In this document: one piece after another, positions 50,272-58,631 of the stretch
Layout of the letters: each line of letters opens with the position of its first letter
Position numbering within the stretch: position 1 is the stretch's first letter
NCBI GenBank assembly: GCA_947258885.1
Contig: CAMYKD010000003.1
Location: 5,446-69,445 of the forward strand
Length of the DNA stretch: 64,000 nt
Direction of reading: 5' to 3'
Source of the DNA: an uncultured Kiloniellales bacterium
GTDB lineage: Bacteria > Pseudomonadota > Alphaproteobacteria > Kiloniellales > JAKSDN01
Notes under the pieces: generated by a model
Databases searched by the model: none
What the model was told of the DNA's origin: nothing
What the model saw: the letters and a program-made list of their open reading frames with translations, nothing else
Program-made: the position numbers and the translations under genes

Positions 50272-52356
50272 CTAATGCCCCTCGCGCCACCAGGCGAGGA
50301 GCGCGCTGCCCAGGGCGAGCAGCAGGACCAGGACGGCGGGCAGCAACGGCACCTGCAAGACGCCGGTCACGACGTAGCCACCCTGGGCCTGCACGCCGAT
50401 CCAGCCACGCCCGTGGCGGTCGCGCCCGGGTTTGACCTTGCGCAGGGAGGGAAGGCGGTCGTCGGCCAGGCGCACGACCGTGCCGCGGCTCGCCTCGATC
50501 AGCGGCTCCAACGGCTCGGCCGTCGCGCGCAGGTCCTCGAACTCGACCGGATTGAGCGGTCCCACGGCGGCCAGCGCCGTTTTCCGGCCGTCGCTCACGC
50601 GGTAGAGCCCGGCCTCGGTCACCGGCATCAGGCCGCTCGCGCGGCCGCCGCGGCCGGGCTCCAGGGTGAGGTTCCGCAGCTCGCCGGACGGCAGGGTCAC
50701 CTCGATCTCAGGCAGGTCCGGGGCGAGCGAGCGCCGGACGACCTCCAGCTGTCCGCCGGCCACGCTGGCGCGCAGGTCCTCCTCCTCGAGGTCCGGCTCC
50801 CGCATCAGCCAATGGGCGACCCGGCGCAGCAGCTCGGCCTGCGGCCCGCCGCCCTCGAAGCCCCGCGACCAGAGCCACATGTGGTCGCTCAGGAACTGGG
50901 CCACGCGGCCTTCGCCGACCCGGTCCAGGATCAGCAACGGCCGCCCTTCGGCGCCGTCCATGACCACCACGCCACGGGTCGGGTGGGCCTCTATCTGGCG
51001 GAACCAGCGGCCCCAGCCGGGTGCCTTGGACGCGTCGGTCCCGGCGTCGGGCAGGTCCGCGGTCACCGGGTGGCGCCAACCCAACTCGGTCAGAGCGGGC
51101 CGGTAGCCCTGCTCGAGGATGCTGCCGCTCGGCTCGCCGGGCAGCACCCGACCGAGCGGCGTGCGGTACAGCGACAGCGGCGTGGCGAAGGTCGGGCCGA
51201 CGGCTTCCAGCAGCGCGCCGCCCTCCTCGACGTAGCGCGCGATGTTCTCCAGGTAGATCGACGGCAGCACGCCGCGCCGCCGGTAGCGGTCGAAGATGAT
51301 CAGGTCGAACTCCTCCAGCTTGACCTCGAACAGCTCGCGCGTCGGGAACGCGATCAGCGACAGTTCGCGGATCGGCGTGCCGTCGTTCTTTTCCGGCGGG
51401 CGCAGGATAGTGAAATGGACCAGGTCGACCGCCGGGTCGGACTTCAGGATGTTGCGCCAGGCCCGCTCGCCAGCGTGCGGCTCGCCCGAAACCAGCAGCA
51501 CGCGCAGCCGGTCGCGCACGCCGTTGATCTGCACGGCGGTCCGGTTGTTGGCCAGGGACAGCTCCCGCGGTCCAGGTGCGACCTCGATCTCCAGGACGCT
51601 GGGTCCGCGGTGCGACAGCTCGAACTCGACCTCGGTCTCGACCCCGGTCGGCAGGTGCAGGACCTTCGGCGGGCCCCCGTCTTGCCGGATCTCGACCCTG
51701 GCGATGCCGCCGGGCTCCTCGCCCGGAAGATCGTCGACCCTGAGGGTGAGCGGCTGCTCGCGGCCGACGATCCCGAAGCGCGGGGCCTGGGTCACGGCGA
51801 TGCGGCGATCGCCTTCGTCCTCGCGGCCGGTCAAAAGCAGGTGGAGCGGCGCGTCGAGGCCCAGCGCTTCCAGGTCCTCCGGCGCGTCGTGCACTTGGCC
51901 GTCGCTGATCATCAGGACGCCGGCGATCCGCTGGCGCGGCACCTCGGAAAGCCCCTGGCGCAAAGCGGTGAAAAGTCGCGTGCCCTGCTCGTCCCTGCCG
52001 AGACCCGCGCCGCCGGCGCGGATCACGCGCACCTCGGTGTCCTCGAGCCGGCCCAGCGCCTGGGTCAGGTGCGCGAGCGCGGCCTCGCTCTGCTCGGGCC
52101 GTGGGGCTATGTCCTGGCTCGGGCTCTCGTCGACCACGACCAGGACCACGTCGTCCAGGCCCGCGCGCTGCTCCTTGACCAGCGAGGGATTGGCGAGCGC
52201 CGCGACCAGCGCGGCGGCGGCCGCGGCGCGCCACCAGACGCCGGGCGCCCGCCGCCACAGGGCCAGCGCGATGGTCGCCAGCGCGACGACGGCCAGGGCT
52301 GTCACCACGGGCCAGGGCAGCAGCGGCGCCCAGCCGATCGAAAGCTGGCCGCTCAC
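50272..52356 (-). CDS. Conserved membrane protein, last gene of the MoxR/DUF58/DUF4159 operon (TM helices at both ends, large soluble middle)
   Basis: 694 aa with a GTG start. There are two N-terminal TM helices (WAPLLPWPVVTALAVVALATIALALW and AAAAAALVAALA) followed by VVLVVVDESPSQ. A C-terminal TM reads LLPAVLVLLLALGSALLAWW. The middle may have a GATase1-like or vWA-like fold, which is an inference. Confidence 0.7.
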   Translation of the reverse strand: MSGQLSIGWAPLLPWPVVTALAVVALATIALALWRRAPGVWWRAAAAAALVAALANPSLVKEQRAGLDDVVLVVVDESPSQDIAPRPEQSEAALAHLTQALGRLEDTEVRVIRAGGAGLGRDEQGTRLFTALRQGLSEVPRQRIAGVLMISDGQVHDAPEDLEALGLDAPLHLLLTGREDEGDRRIAVTQAPRFGIVGREQPLTLRVDDLPGEEPGGIARVEIRQDGGPPKVLHLPTGVETEVEFELSHRGPSVLEIEVAPGPRELSLANNRTAVQINGVRDRLRVLLVSGEPHAGERAWRNILKSDPAVDLVHFTILRPPEKNDGTPIRELSLIAFPTRELFEVKLEEFDLIIFDRYRRRGVLPSIYLENIARYVEEGGALLEAVGPTFATPLSLYRTPLGRVLPGEPSGSILEQGYRPALTELGWRHPVTADLPDAGTDASKAPGWGRWFRQIEAHPTRGVVVMDGAEGRPLLILDRVGEGRVAQFLSDHMWLWSRGFEGGGPQAELLRRVAHWLMREPDLEEEDLRASVAGGQLEVVRRSLAPDLPEIEVTLPSGELRNLTLEPGRGGRASGLMPVTEAGLYRVSDGRKTALAAVGPLNPVEFEDLRATAEPLEPLIEASRGTVVRLADDRLPSLRKVKPGRDRHGRGWIGVQAQGGYVVTGVLQVPLLPAVLVLLLALGSALLAWWREGH

Positions 52357-52387
52357 GGCCTGGTCCCTTCGTTGCTCGGCGCGCTCA

Positions 52388-55129
52388 TCATTGGCCCAGG
52401 CGCTCCAATATGAAGGGGATGTGCACCTGGTCGGCCTTGTAGTTGCCGGTCAGCGCATACATGACCAGGTTGACGCCGAAGCGGTAGGACAGCTCGCGCT
52501 GCCGCTCGCCCCCGGGGACCACCGCGAAGATCGGCCGGCCGAGCTCGTTGACCGCCCAGGCGCGGGCCCAGTCGTTGGACCCGACCATGACCGAGGCCAC
52601 GCCGTCGTTGACCCGCCCCTCGGTCGCGCCGATCCAGAGCGTGCCGCCGGCGAATCGGCCGGGAAAGTCCCGCATCAGGTAGAACGACTTGGTGAGCACG
52701 TGATCCGGCGGCACGGGTGCCAGCGGCGGTATCTCCAGCCCCTCGGTCAGACGCTTGAGGGCCTCGCTGCCTCGGCTCGTCCGGCCGAGCAGCTGGATCC
52801 CGGCGCCCGGCTCGCGCAGGTCGAAGAGGATCGTGCCGCCCTGCGAGAGGTACTGGTTGACCTTGCGCCGGGCATGCCCGGCGAGCGGCCTTTGCTCCGG
52901 GGTCACCGGCCAGTAGAGCAGGGGGAAGAAGGCCAGCTCGTCGCCATTCAGGTCGACGCCGAGCGGCGCGCCGGCCTCGACCGAGGTTCGCCTCAGCAGC
53001 ACGCGGGTCAGCCCGAACAGGCCGGCCCGGCTCGCGTCGTCGACTGCCGGAACGCCGGTCCGCACGAAGGCGAGCCGGGTCTGCAAAGTGGCCTCCATCG
53101 CGAAGGCGTCGCTTGTCGAACCGGCTCTGCTCTGCGCCCAGCTCCCGTCGATCGGCAGCGCCAGGACCAGTGCCAGAACCGCCGCGGAGACCCGCGCCGT
53201 CCGGACCAGCAGGCCGCGCAGCACCAAGGCGATCATCAGGTCGATGAGGCCCAGCAACAGCGCCAGGGCGAGCAGCCAGGGCTTCAGGTCGGCTTCGCCG
53301 CGGCCCGCATAGGAGGCGAGCGAAACCCCGCTCGGCAGGCCGCCGATGACCTCGAGGGAGGGCGCGGCGTCGATCAGGTTGTGGGCGCGCCTGCGGCTGT
53401 CGCTGCCGTAGTAGCCCGGCGGATGACGCGGGCCGATCCGGCCCTCCTCCAGCACCGCCTGATCGGCCGCCAGGGCGGTCGGCGGCGGGGCGCCCAGCCG
53501 GCCGAACCCGTCCAAGGTCTCCAGCGGCGGCAGTGCAAGGGACGCAGCGGCCTCGCCCTCGACGCCCTGGCTGACGGCCACGACCCGGCGCAGCAGGTCG
53601 ACGAAGAGGCCCGAGAGGGCCAGGTTCGCCCAGTCGGTGTTGGCCGTCGTGTGCAGCAGCACGATCCACCCCTCGCCGCGTGGCTCGGCGGTGATCAGCG
53701 GCGTCCCGTCGGCAAGCCGCGCCCAAGTCCTCTCGCCCAGCTCGATCGACGGTTCGGCCAGGACCTGGCGGTTGATCAGCACATCGTCCGGCACGACCAG
53801 GCCGCCGAAGGGACCTTCCGGGTCGAAGGGCGCCAAGCGCGCCGGATTGTCCCAGGTCATGACGCCGCCCAGGGTCCGTCCTCCGCCGCGCAGGCGTACC
53901 GGCAACAGGCGGTCGCTGCCGTCGTCGGCCAGGCGCGGCCCGGCAAAGCGCAGCAGCAGCCCGCCGCTTTCGACCCAGGCGGCAAGCCGCTCGACCTCCA
54001 CTTCGGGCAGGCTGCCCAGATCCGGGAGCACCAGAACCGCCAGCTCGCGGCGCAGCAGCTCGCCGATTTCGCCGCGGCGCAGTTCGGTGAAGGGTTCGAG
54101 GGCGCGTTGCAGGTAGTAGAGCTCGCTGAGCAGCGGCTGCGCCTCTTCGAGGGGCCCGGTGGCGACCAAGCCGACTGGCCGCCGCCGCCAGCGCTCGTCG
54201 AGCAACAGCACGGCACCGGCCTGCGTCTCGCCTTCGACCGACAGCCGGGCGATGCGGTTGCGCAGTTCGGCCGGCAGGTCGAGCGTGGCCTCCGCCACGG
54301 ACTGCCCGCCCTCAAAAACGAGCGGCGTGCGGGCCACTAGGCTGCCGTCCTCGGCGACGGCCAGCACCGCGGCGCTCTCTTCTCCGGCCTCCCCCGCGCG
54401 CCGCAGGCGCAGACCGAGCGTCATGCCGTCTGTCTCGGGCGGCAGCAGCAGGCGCGGCAGGGTGCCGTCGCCGTCGCGCAGCACGCGGAGCTCGCCCAGT
54501 CCCTGCAGCCGTAAGGCCAGATCCTGCACCGCGCCGTCGGCCAGCCCGTCCGACAACCAGATCACGTTGGCCGCTCCGGGCAGGTCGAGCCCTTCGAGGG
54601 CCGCCAGCGCCGCCGCACGGTCGACCGGCCAGGGTTTCGGCGTCACGCCCTGCAGCCGGCGGCGGGCCTCGCCGGCGGTCAACAGGCCGGAAACCGCGGT
54701 CGGTTCGTCCAACTCGCCGGGCGCTGTGGTCAACAGGACCACCGGCCGGGTTTCGCGCTCGGCCTGGGCGAGCAGGCCGTCGATCGCCGCTTCGCGCGCC
54801 GGCCAGTGGCGCGCGGCGGCCCAGCCGTCGTCTATCACCAGCATCAGCGGGCCGCTGCCGCCCAGCCGGGCTGCCGGGTTCAGGAGCGGTTGGGCCAGTC
54901 CCAGGACGATCAGCAGGGCCACGATCAGCCGCAGCAAAAGCAGCCACCACGGGGTCCGCGCCGGCGTCTCCTCCGGCGGCAGAAGGCCGAACAGCAGGCG
55001 GATGGCCGGGAAGCGCAGGGAGCGCGGGGCCGGCGGCGTGACCCGGAGCAGCCACCAGAGCAGCGGCAGGACGAGCAGCGCCGCGAGGATCCACGGCTGG
55101 GCAAACGCGAGCGGCCCCAGGTGCAACAT
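52388..55129 (-). CDS. N-terminal double-TM (BatA_N/TIGR02226-like) plus C-terminal DUF4159 protein
   Basis: The real start is MLHLGPLAFAQPWILAALLVLPLLWWLLR (cat at 55127-55129), 5 nt after the DUF58 stop. The C-terminus ...TKSFYLMRDFPGRF...VGSNDWARAW...RQRELSYRFGVNLVMYALTGNYKADQVH is the DUF4159 pattern. The 1133-aa track ORF is a 5' over-extension across DUF58. Confidence 0.8.
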   Translation of the reverse strand: MLHLGPLAFAQPWILAALLVLPLLWWLLRVTPPAPRSLRFPAIRLLFGLLPPEETPARTPWWLLLLRLIVALLIVLGLAQPLLNPAARLGGSGPLMLVIDDGWAAARHWPAREAAIDGLLAQAERETRPVVLLTTAPGELDEPTAVSGLLTAGEARRRLQGVTPKPWPVDRAAALAALEGLDLPGAANVIWLSDGLADGAVQDLALRLQGLGELRVLRDGDGTLPRLLLPPETDGMTLGLRLRRAGEAGEESAAVLAVAEDGSLVARTPLVFEGGQSVAEATLDLPAELRNRIARLSVEGETQAGAVLLLDERWRRRPVGLVATGPLEEAQPLLSELYYLQRALEPFTELRRGEIGELLRRELAVLVLPDLGSLPEVEVERLAAWVESGGLLLRFAGPRLADDGSDRLLPVRLRGGGRTLGGVMTWDNPARLAPFDPEGPFGGLVVPDDVLINRQVLAEPSIELGERTWARLADGTPLITAEPRGEGWIVLLHTTANTDWANLALSGLFVDLLRRVVAVSQGVEGEAAASLALPPLETLDGFGRLGAPPPTALAADQAVLEEGRIGPRHPPGYYGSDSRRRAHNLIDAAPSLEVIGGLPSGVSLASYAGRGEADLKPWLLALALLLGLIDLMIALVLRGLLVRTARVSAAVLALVLALPIDGSWAQSRAGSTSDAFAMEATLQTRLAFVRTGVPAVDDASRAGLFGLTRVLLRRTSVEAGAPLGVDLNGDELAFFPLLYWPVTPEQRPLAGHARRKVNQYLSQGGTILFDLREPGAGIQLLGRTSRGSEALKRLTEGLEIPPLAPVPPDHVLTKSFYLMRDFPGRFAGGTLWIGATEGRVNDGVASVMVGSNDWARAWAVNELGRPIFAVVPGGERQRELSYRFGVNLVMYALTGNYKADQVHIPFILERLGQ

Positions 55130-55134
55130 CGCCG

Positions 55135-56061
55135 TCAGCTTTCCAGGGTCTGCGACAGCGCCGTGTAGAGCGCGAGCAGCGCGGTCTGCGGCGGCCTGTC
55201 GGTGTGGTGGCAAGCATAGGTCCAGGCGACTGCCCGGGCAATCGCGGCCAGACCCTCGCGTTGCGCCTGAAGCCTCTCGAGATAGGTGTGGCGCACCGAC
55301 TCGACGCGCGACAGCAGCCAGGGCTCCTCGCCCTGCAGGCCCTCGAAGCGCACCCGGCCGGCATAGGGCAGCTTCTCCTCGGCCGGGTCCAGAATCTGCA
55401 GCAGATGCCCCTTGATGCCGCGTTCGGCATAACCGCGCACGACCTGATGGACGTCTTCGAGCGGCGCCAGCAGGTCGCCCAGGAAGACCACTTGGGCGTT
55501 GCGGGGCAGCGGTTGGACCGGCGGCAGGTCGCTGTCCCGTCCCTTGGCCAGGCCCCCGCCTTCGTCGGCGATGGCCAGCGCCAGGCGGGACAGGGCACCG
55601 CGGCCGGTCGCGGGCCGGATGCCGGAGCCGAGCAGGGAAACGTGCTCGCCGCCGCGCACCAGGAGCACAGAGAGCGCCAGCGCCAGGAGATCGCCCCGGG
55701 CGCGCTTCTCCGGCAGATCCTGGGCCGAGCGCCAAGCCATGGACGGCGAATGATCGCGCCAGATCCAGACCGACTGGGCCGCCTCCCACTCGAGCTCGCG
55801 GATGAACACGTGATCGGACTTGGCCGACTGGCGCCAGTCGATCAGCTGCGGTGTGTCGCCGGCCGCGTAGTGACGGAACTGCCAGAAGGTTTCGCCCTGT
55901 CCGACCCGGCGCCGGCCGTGAACGCCCTGTACCACCGTGGCCGCAACCCGCTCGGCCGCGACCAGCAGCGGGGGCAGGGTGGCCGCGAGCTGCTCGGCCC
56001 GTTTACGGAGGGGGAGGGCGCCGGCGGACATGTCACCGTCGGGCCGCGGGCTGTTCGTCAT
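55135..56061 (-). CDS. DUF58 domain protein (vWA-like partner of MoxR)
   Basis: 308 aa. GVHGRRRVGQGETFWQFRHYAAGDTPQLIDWRQSAKSDHVFIRELE.E is the DUF58 signature. The start overlaps the moxR stop (ATGA). Confidence 0.85.
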   Translation of the reverse strand: MTNSPRPDGDMSAGALPLRKRAEQLAATLPPLLVAAERVAATVVQGVHGRRRVGQGETFWQFRHYAAGDTPQLIDWRQSAKSDHVFIRELEWEAAQSVWIWRDHSPSMAWRSAQDLPEKRARGDLLALALSVLLVRGGEHVSLLGSGIRPATGRGALSRLALAIADEGGGLAKGRDSDLPPVQPLPRNAQVVFLGDLLAPLEDVHQVVRGYAERGIKGHLLQILDPAEEKLPYAGRVRFEGLQGEEPWLLSRVESVRHTYLERLQAQREGLAAIARAVAWTYACHHTDRPPQTALLALYTALSQTLES

Positions 56062-57074
56062 GCATAGGGCGCGGCCAGCCTGTTGATCACGTCGTCGATC
56101 GTGACGCCGTCGGCCCGCGCGGCGAAGTTGAGCGCCATGCGGTGCCGCAGAATCGGGCCGACCAGGGCCGTGACGTCGTCGATCGACGGAGCGAAACGGC
56201 CCCCCAGCACCGCCCGCGCCCGGATCGCCAGCATGAGGGCCTGGCTGGCGCGGGGTCCCGGACCCCAGGCGACCTGGTTCTCCACCTCCGCGATCTCGGT
56301 CGTGTCGGGCCGCCCGCTGCGCACCAGACCGAGGATCGCCTCGACCACGCTCTCGCCGACCGGAATGCGCCGAACCAGGCGCTGGGCGGTCATGAGTTCC
56401 TCGGCGGTCATGACCTGTGCCGCCTGGATGTCGTCGGCGCCCGTGGTTGCGATCAGCATGTGCCGCTCGGCCTCGAGGTCCGGATAGCCCACGTCGACCT
56501 CCATGAGGAAGCGGTCGAGCTGGGCCTCGGGCAGGGGATAGGTGCCTTCCTGCTCCAGCGGGTTCTGGGTCGCGAGGACGTGAAACGGACGCGGCACCTC
56601 GTGGCTATGGCCGGCCACGGTGACGCGCAGCTCCTGCATGGCCTGCAGCAGGGCGGACTGGGTGCGCGGGCTGGCCCGGTTGATCTCGTCGGCCATCAAC
56701 ACCTGGCAAAACACCGGTCCGGGGATAAAGCGGAAGCTGCGGCGGCCGTCCTCGTGCTCCTCGAGCACTTCCGAGCCCAGGATATCGGCCGGCATGAGGT
56801 CCGGGGTGCACTGCACCCGCTTGTCCTCGAGGCCGAGAACCGTGCCCAGGGTCTCGACCAGGCGGGTCTTGGCTAGGCCGGGCACGCCGATGAGCAGCGC
56901 GTGCCCTCCGGCCAGCAAGGTGATAAGGGTTTGATCGACCACCTGTTGTTGGCCGAAAATAACCTTGCCTATACTGGCGCGGACGTTTTGCAGCTTGTCG
57001 CCGAGGGCCTCGATCTCCGAGGCGAGCTTAGCGGCGGACTCCTCGTCCACCGGTGCGGCGGGGGTGACAGTCAC
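56058..57074 (-). CDS. moxR: MoxR-family AAA+ ATPase
   Basis: IFGQQQVVDQTLITLLAGGHALLIGVPGLAKTRLV (Walker A)...CQVLMADEINRASPRTQSALLQAMQE (Walker B/sensor)...VLATQNPLEQEGTYPLPEAQLDRF. I chose the GTG at 57074 (338 aa). The ATG at 57116 would overlap the divergent DUF1285 start codon (CCATGG). Confidence 0.85.
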   Translation of the reverse strand: MTVTPAAPVDEESAAKLASEIEALGDKLQNVRASIGKVIFGQQQVVDQTLITLLAGGHALLIGVPGLAKTRLVETLGTVLGLEDKRVQCTPDLMPADILGSEVLEEHEDGRRSFRFIPGPVFCQVLMADEINRASPRTQSALLQAMQELRVTVAGHSHEVPRPFHVLATQNPLEQEGTYPLPEAQLDRFLMEVDVGYPDLEAERHMLIATTGADDIQAAQVMTAEELMTAQRLVRRIPVGESVVEAILGLVRSGRPDTTEIAEVENQVAWGPGPRASQALMLAIRARAVLGGRFAPSIDDVTALVGPILRHRMALNFAARADGVTIDDVINRLAAPYA

Positions 57075-57114
57075 GTATGCGATCTCCCGGCTCCAGGAAA
57101 CAGATCGGCAGGCC

Positions 57115-57684
57115 ATGGCGAGAGACCAATCGAAGCCCACCGGCGATCAACAGAAGATAAGTGTTTCCGCTCCGTCTTACCAGCAGTCCGGGCCGGAGGG
57201 GCTGCCGGCCTGTGGCGATTTCGACATCCGCATCGCGCGTGACGGCACCTGGCACTACCGGGGCAGCCCGATCGGCCGAAAGTCCCTGGTCAAGCTCTTC
57301 TCCACGGTGATCCGGCGGGACGAGCAGGGCGGCTACTGGCTGGTCACGCCGGTCGAGCGCGGCCGCATCCTGGTCGAGGACGCGCCGTTCACCGCCGTCG
57401 AATGCGAGTCGGACGGCACGGGCCGTGACCAGGTCCTGAGGTTCCGGAGCAATGTGGACGACTGGATCGAGGCCGGCGCGGATCATCCGATCCGCGTGGC
57501 CGAGGACCCTGTTACCGGCGAGCCCAGCCCCTATATCCTGGTCAGGGACAATTTGGAGGCCCTGATCGTCCGCCCGGTGTTCTACTGGCTGGTCGAACGG
57601 GCAGTCGAACACCGGCAGGACGGAACGGACTACCTGGGGCTATGGAGCAAGCGAGAGTTTTTTCCGCTGGGCAGGTTGCCGTGA
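57115..57684 (+). CDS. DUF1285 domain protein
   Basis: Start MARDQSKP. FDIRIARDGTWHYRGSPIGRKSLVKLFSTVIRRDEQGGYWLVTPVERGRILVEDAPF is the DUF1285 pattern as I recall it. At 189 aa it fits the family size. Confidence 0.75.
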   Translation: MARDQSKPTGDQQKISVSAPSYQQSGPEGLPACGDFDIRIARDGTWHYRGSPIGRKSLVKLFSTVIRRDEQGGYWLVTPVERGRILVEDAPFTAVECESDGTGRDQVLRFRSNVDDWIEAGADHPIRVAEDPVTGEPSPYILVRDNLEALIVRPVFYWLVERAVEHRQDGTDYLGLWSKREFFPLGRLP

Positions 57685-58319
57685 ACGCCGAGGAGCTGGC
57701 CCGCCGCCTTGCCGCCGGAGGGCGGCCTGGACGCCGCCGCTCGCCGGACAGCCGGGCCGAGCTCGACCGCCCGCGCGGCGACCACGACCTGAACCCGGAC
57801 TTCTTCGATCCGGAGCAGTCGCTGACCCCGGCCGCGGTCCTGGTGCCGATCGTGACGCGCGTGCCGGAAATGACGGTGCTGCTGACCCGGCGCACCGACC
57901 ATCTCTACGACCACGCCGGGCAGGTGAGCTTTCCCGGCGGCCGGGTCGACCCGGGCGACCAGGACGCCGAGGCGGCGGCCCTGCGCGAGACCGAGGAGGA
58001 GATCGGCCTGCCGCGCCGGCACGTTCGGCTGGTCGGACAGCTCGATACCTACGTCACGCGCACCGGTTTCGAGGTCACGCCCCTGGTCGGCCTGGTCGCG
58101 CCGCCGTTTCCGATCGTGCCGGACAGCTTCGAGGTGGCCGAGGTCTTCGAGGTGCCGCTCGGCCTGTTCCTCGACCCGGCACAGCGCCAGACCCACAGCC
58201 GCCATTTCGAGGGCAAGGATCGGTACTTCTACGTGTTTCGCCACGGCGACTATCAGATCTGGGGCGCGACCGCCGGCATGCTGGTCAATCTGGCGCAGGT
58301 GCTGACCGAGCCATGCTGA
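57681..58319 (+). CDS. CoA pyrophosphatase (NUDIX hydrolase, NudL-like)
   Basis: The GTG at 57681 overlaps the upstream stop (GTGA). The Nudix box is GQVSFPGGRVDPGDQDAEAAALRETEEEIGL. Before it, AAVLVPI....MTVLLTRR is typical of CoA pyrophosphatases. Confidence 0.8.
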   Translation: MNAEELARRLAAGGRPGRRRSPDSRAELDRPRGDHDLNPDFFDPEQSLTPAAVLVPIVTRVPEMTVLLTRRTDHLYDHAGQVSFPGGRVDPGDQDAEAAALRETEEEIGLPRRHVRLVGQLDTYVTRTGFEVTPLVGLVAPPFPIVPDSFEVAEVFEVPLGLFLDPAQRQTHSRHFEGKDRYFYVFRHGDYQIWGATAGMLVNLAQVLTEPC

Positions 58320-58597
58320 GGAAACTGCTCACGATCGTCCTGCCGCTGGTGCTGCCGCTGCTGGTCTATGCCATCTACCTCGCGCTCGCCCGGCGCAAGG
58401 CGCGTCTGGCCGGCGAGGGCCGCCTACCGCGCTGGCAAGAGGCGCCCTGGGCCGCGATCTTCATCGCCAGCATCCTGCTGATGATCGCTTCGCTGGCGGT
58501 CTGGCGTATGAACCTCGGGGTGGATCCGGGCGTGAAGCTCATGCCGCCGCGCGTGGTCGATGGCGAGGTGGTGCCGAGCCACCCGGTCCCGGAATGA
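58313..58597 (+). CDS. Small two-TM membrane protein, conserved between nudix and cca in alphaproteobacteria (DUF6111-like)
   Basis: 94 aa. MLRKLLTIVLPLVLPLLVYAIYLALARRK... and AAIFIASILLMIASLAVW are the hydrophobic helices. The start overlaps the nudix stop. Confidence 0.55.
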   Translation: MLRKLLTIVLPLVLPLLVYAIYLALARRKARLAGEGRLPRWQEAPWAAIFIASILLMIASLAVWRMNLGVDPGVKLMPPRVVDGEVVPSHPVPE

Positions 58598-58631
58598 CGC
58601 GTCCGACGCCGCGCCTCGGGCCGCGGGCATC

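Noticed and set aside
51296-54340. 1014-aa + strand ORF, with similar long ORFs at 50275..52413, 5659..6978, 17168..18655, 23267..25159 (-) and 26196..28883.
   Set aside because: All are antisense or out-of-frame to genes with strong family signatures. Their translations are Arg/Pro/Gly-rich nonsense typical of high-GC genomes.
55130-55789. 5' extension of ORF 52388..55789 (1133 aa) across the DUF58 gene.
   Set aside because: The BatA_N-type double-TM N-terminus begins at MLHLGPLAF (55129). The extension overlaps DUF58 in another frame and is compositionally non-protein-like.
57074-57117. Overlapping divergent start codons (CCATGG) for moxR (ATG at 57116) and DUF1285 (ATG at 57115).
   Set aside because: Mutually overlapping divergent starts would leave no promoter space. 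A GTG at 57074 gives a MoxR of typical length (338 aa) and a 40-bp divergent gap, so I treat the ATG at 57116 as not used. This is unverified.
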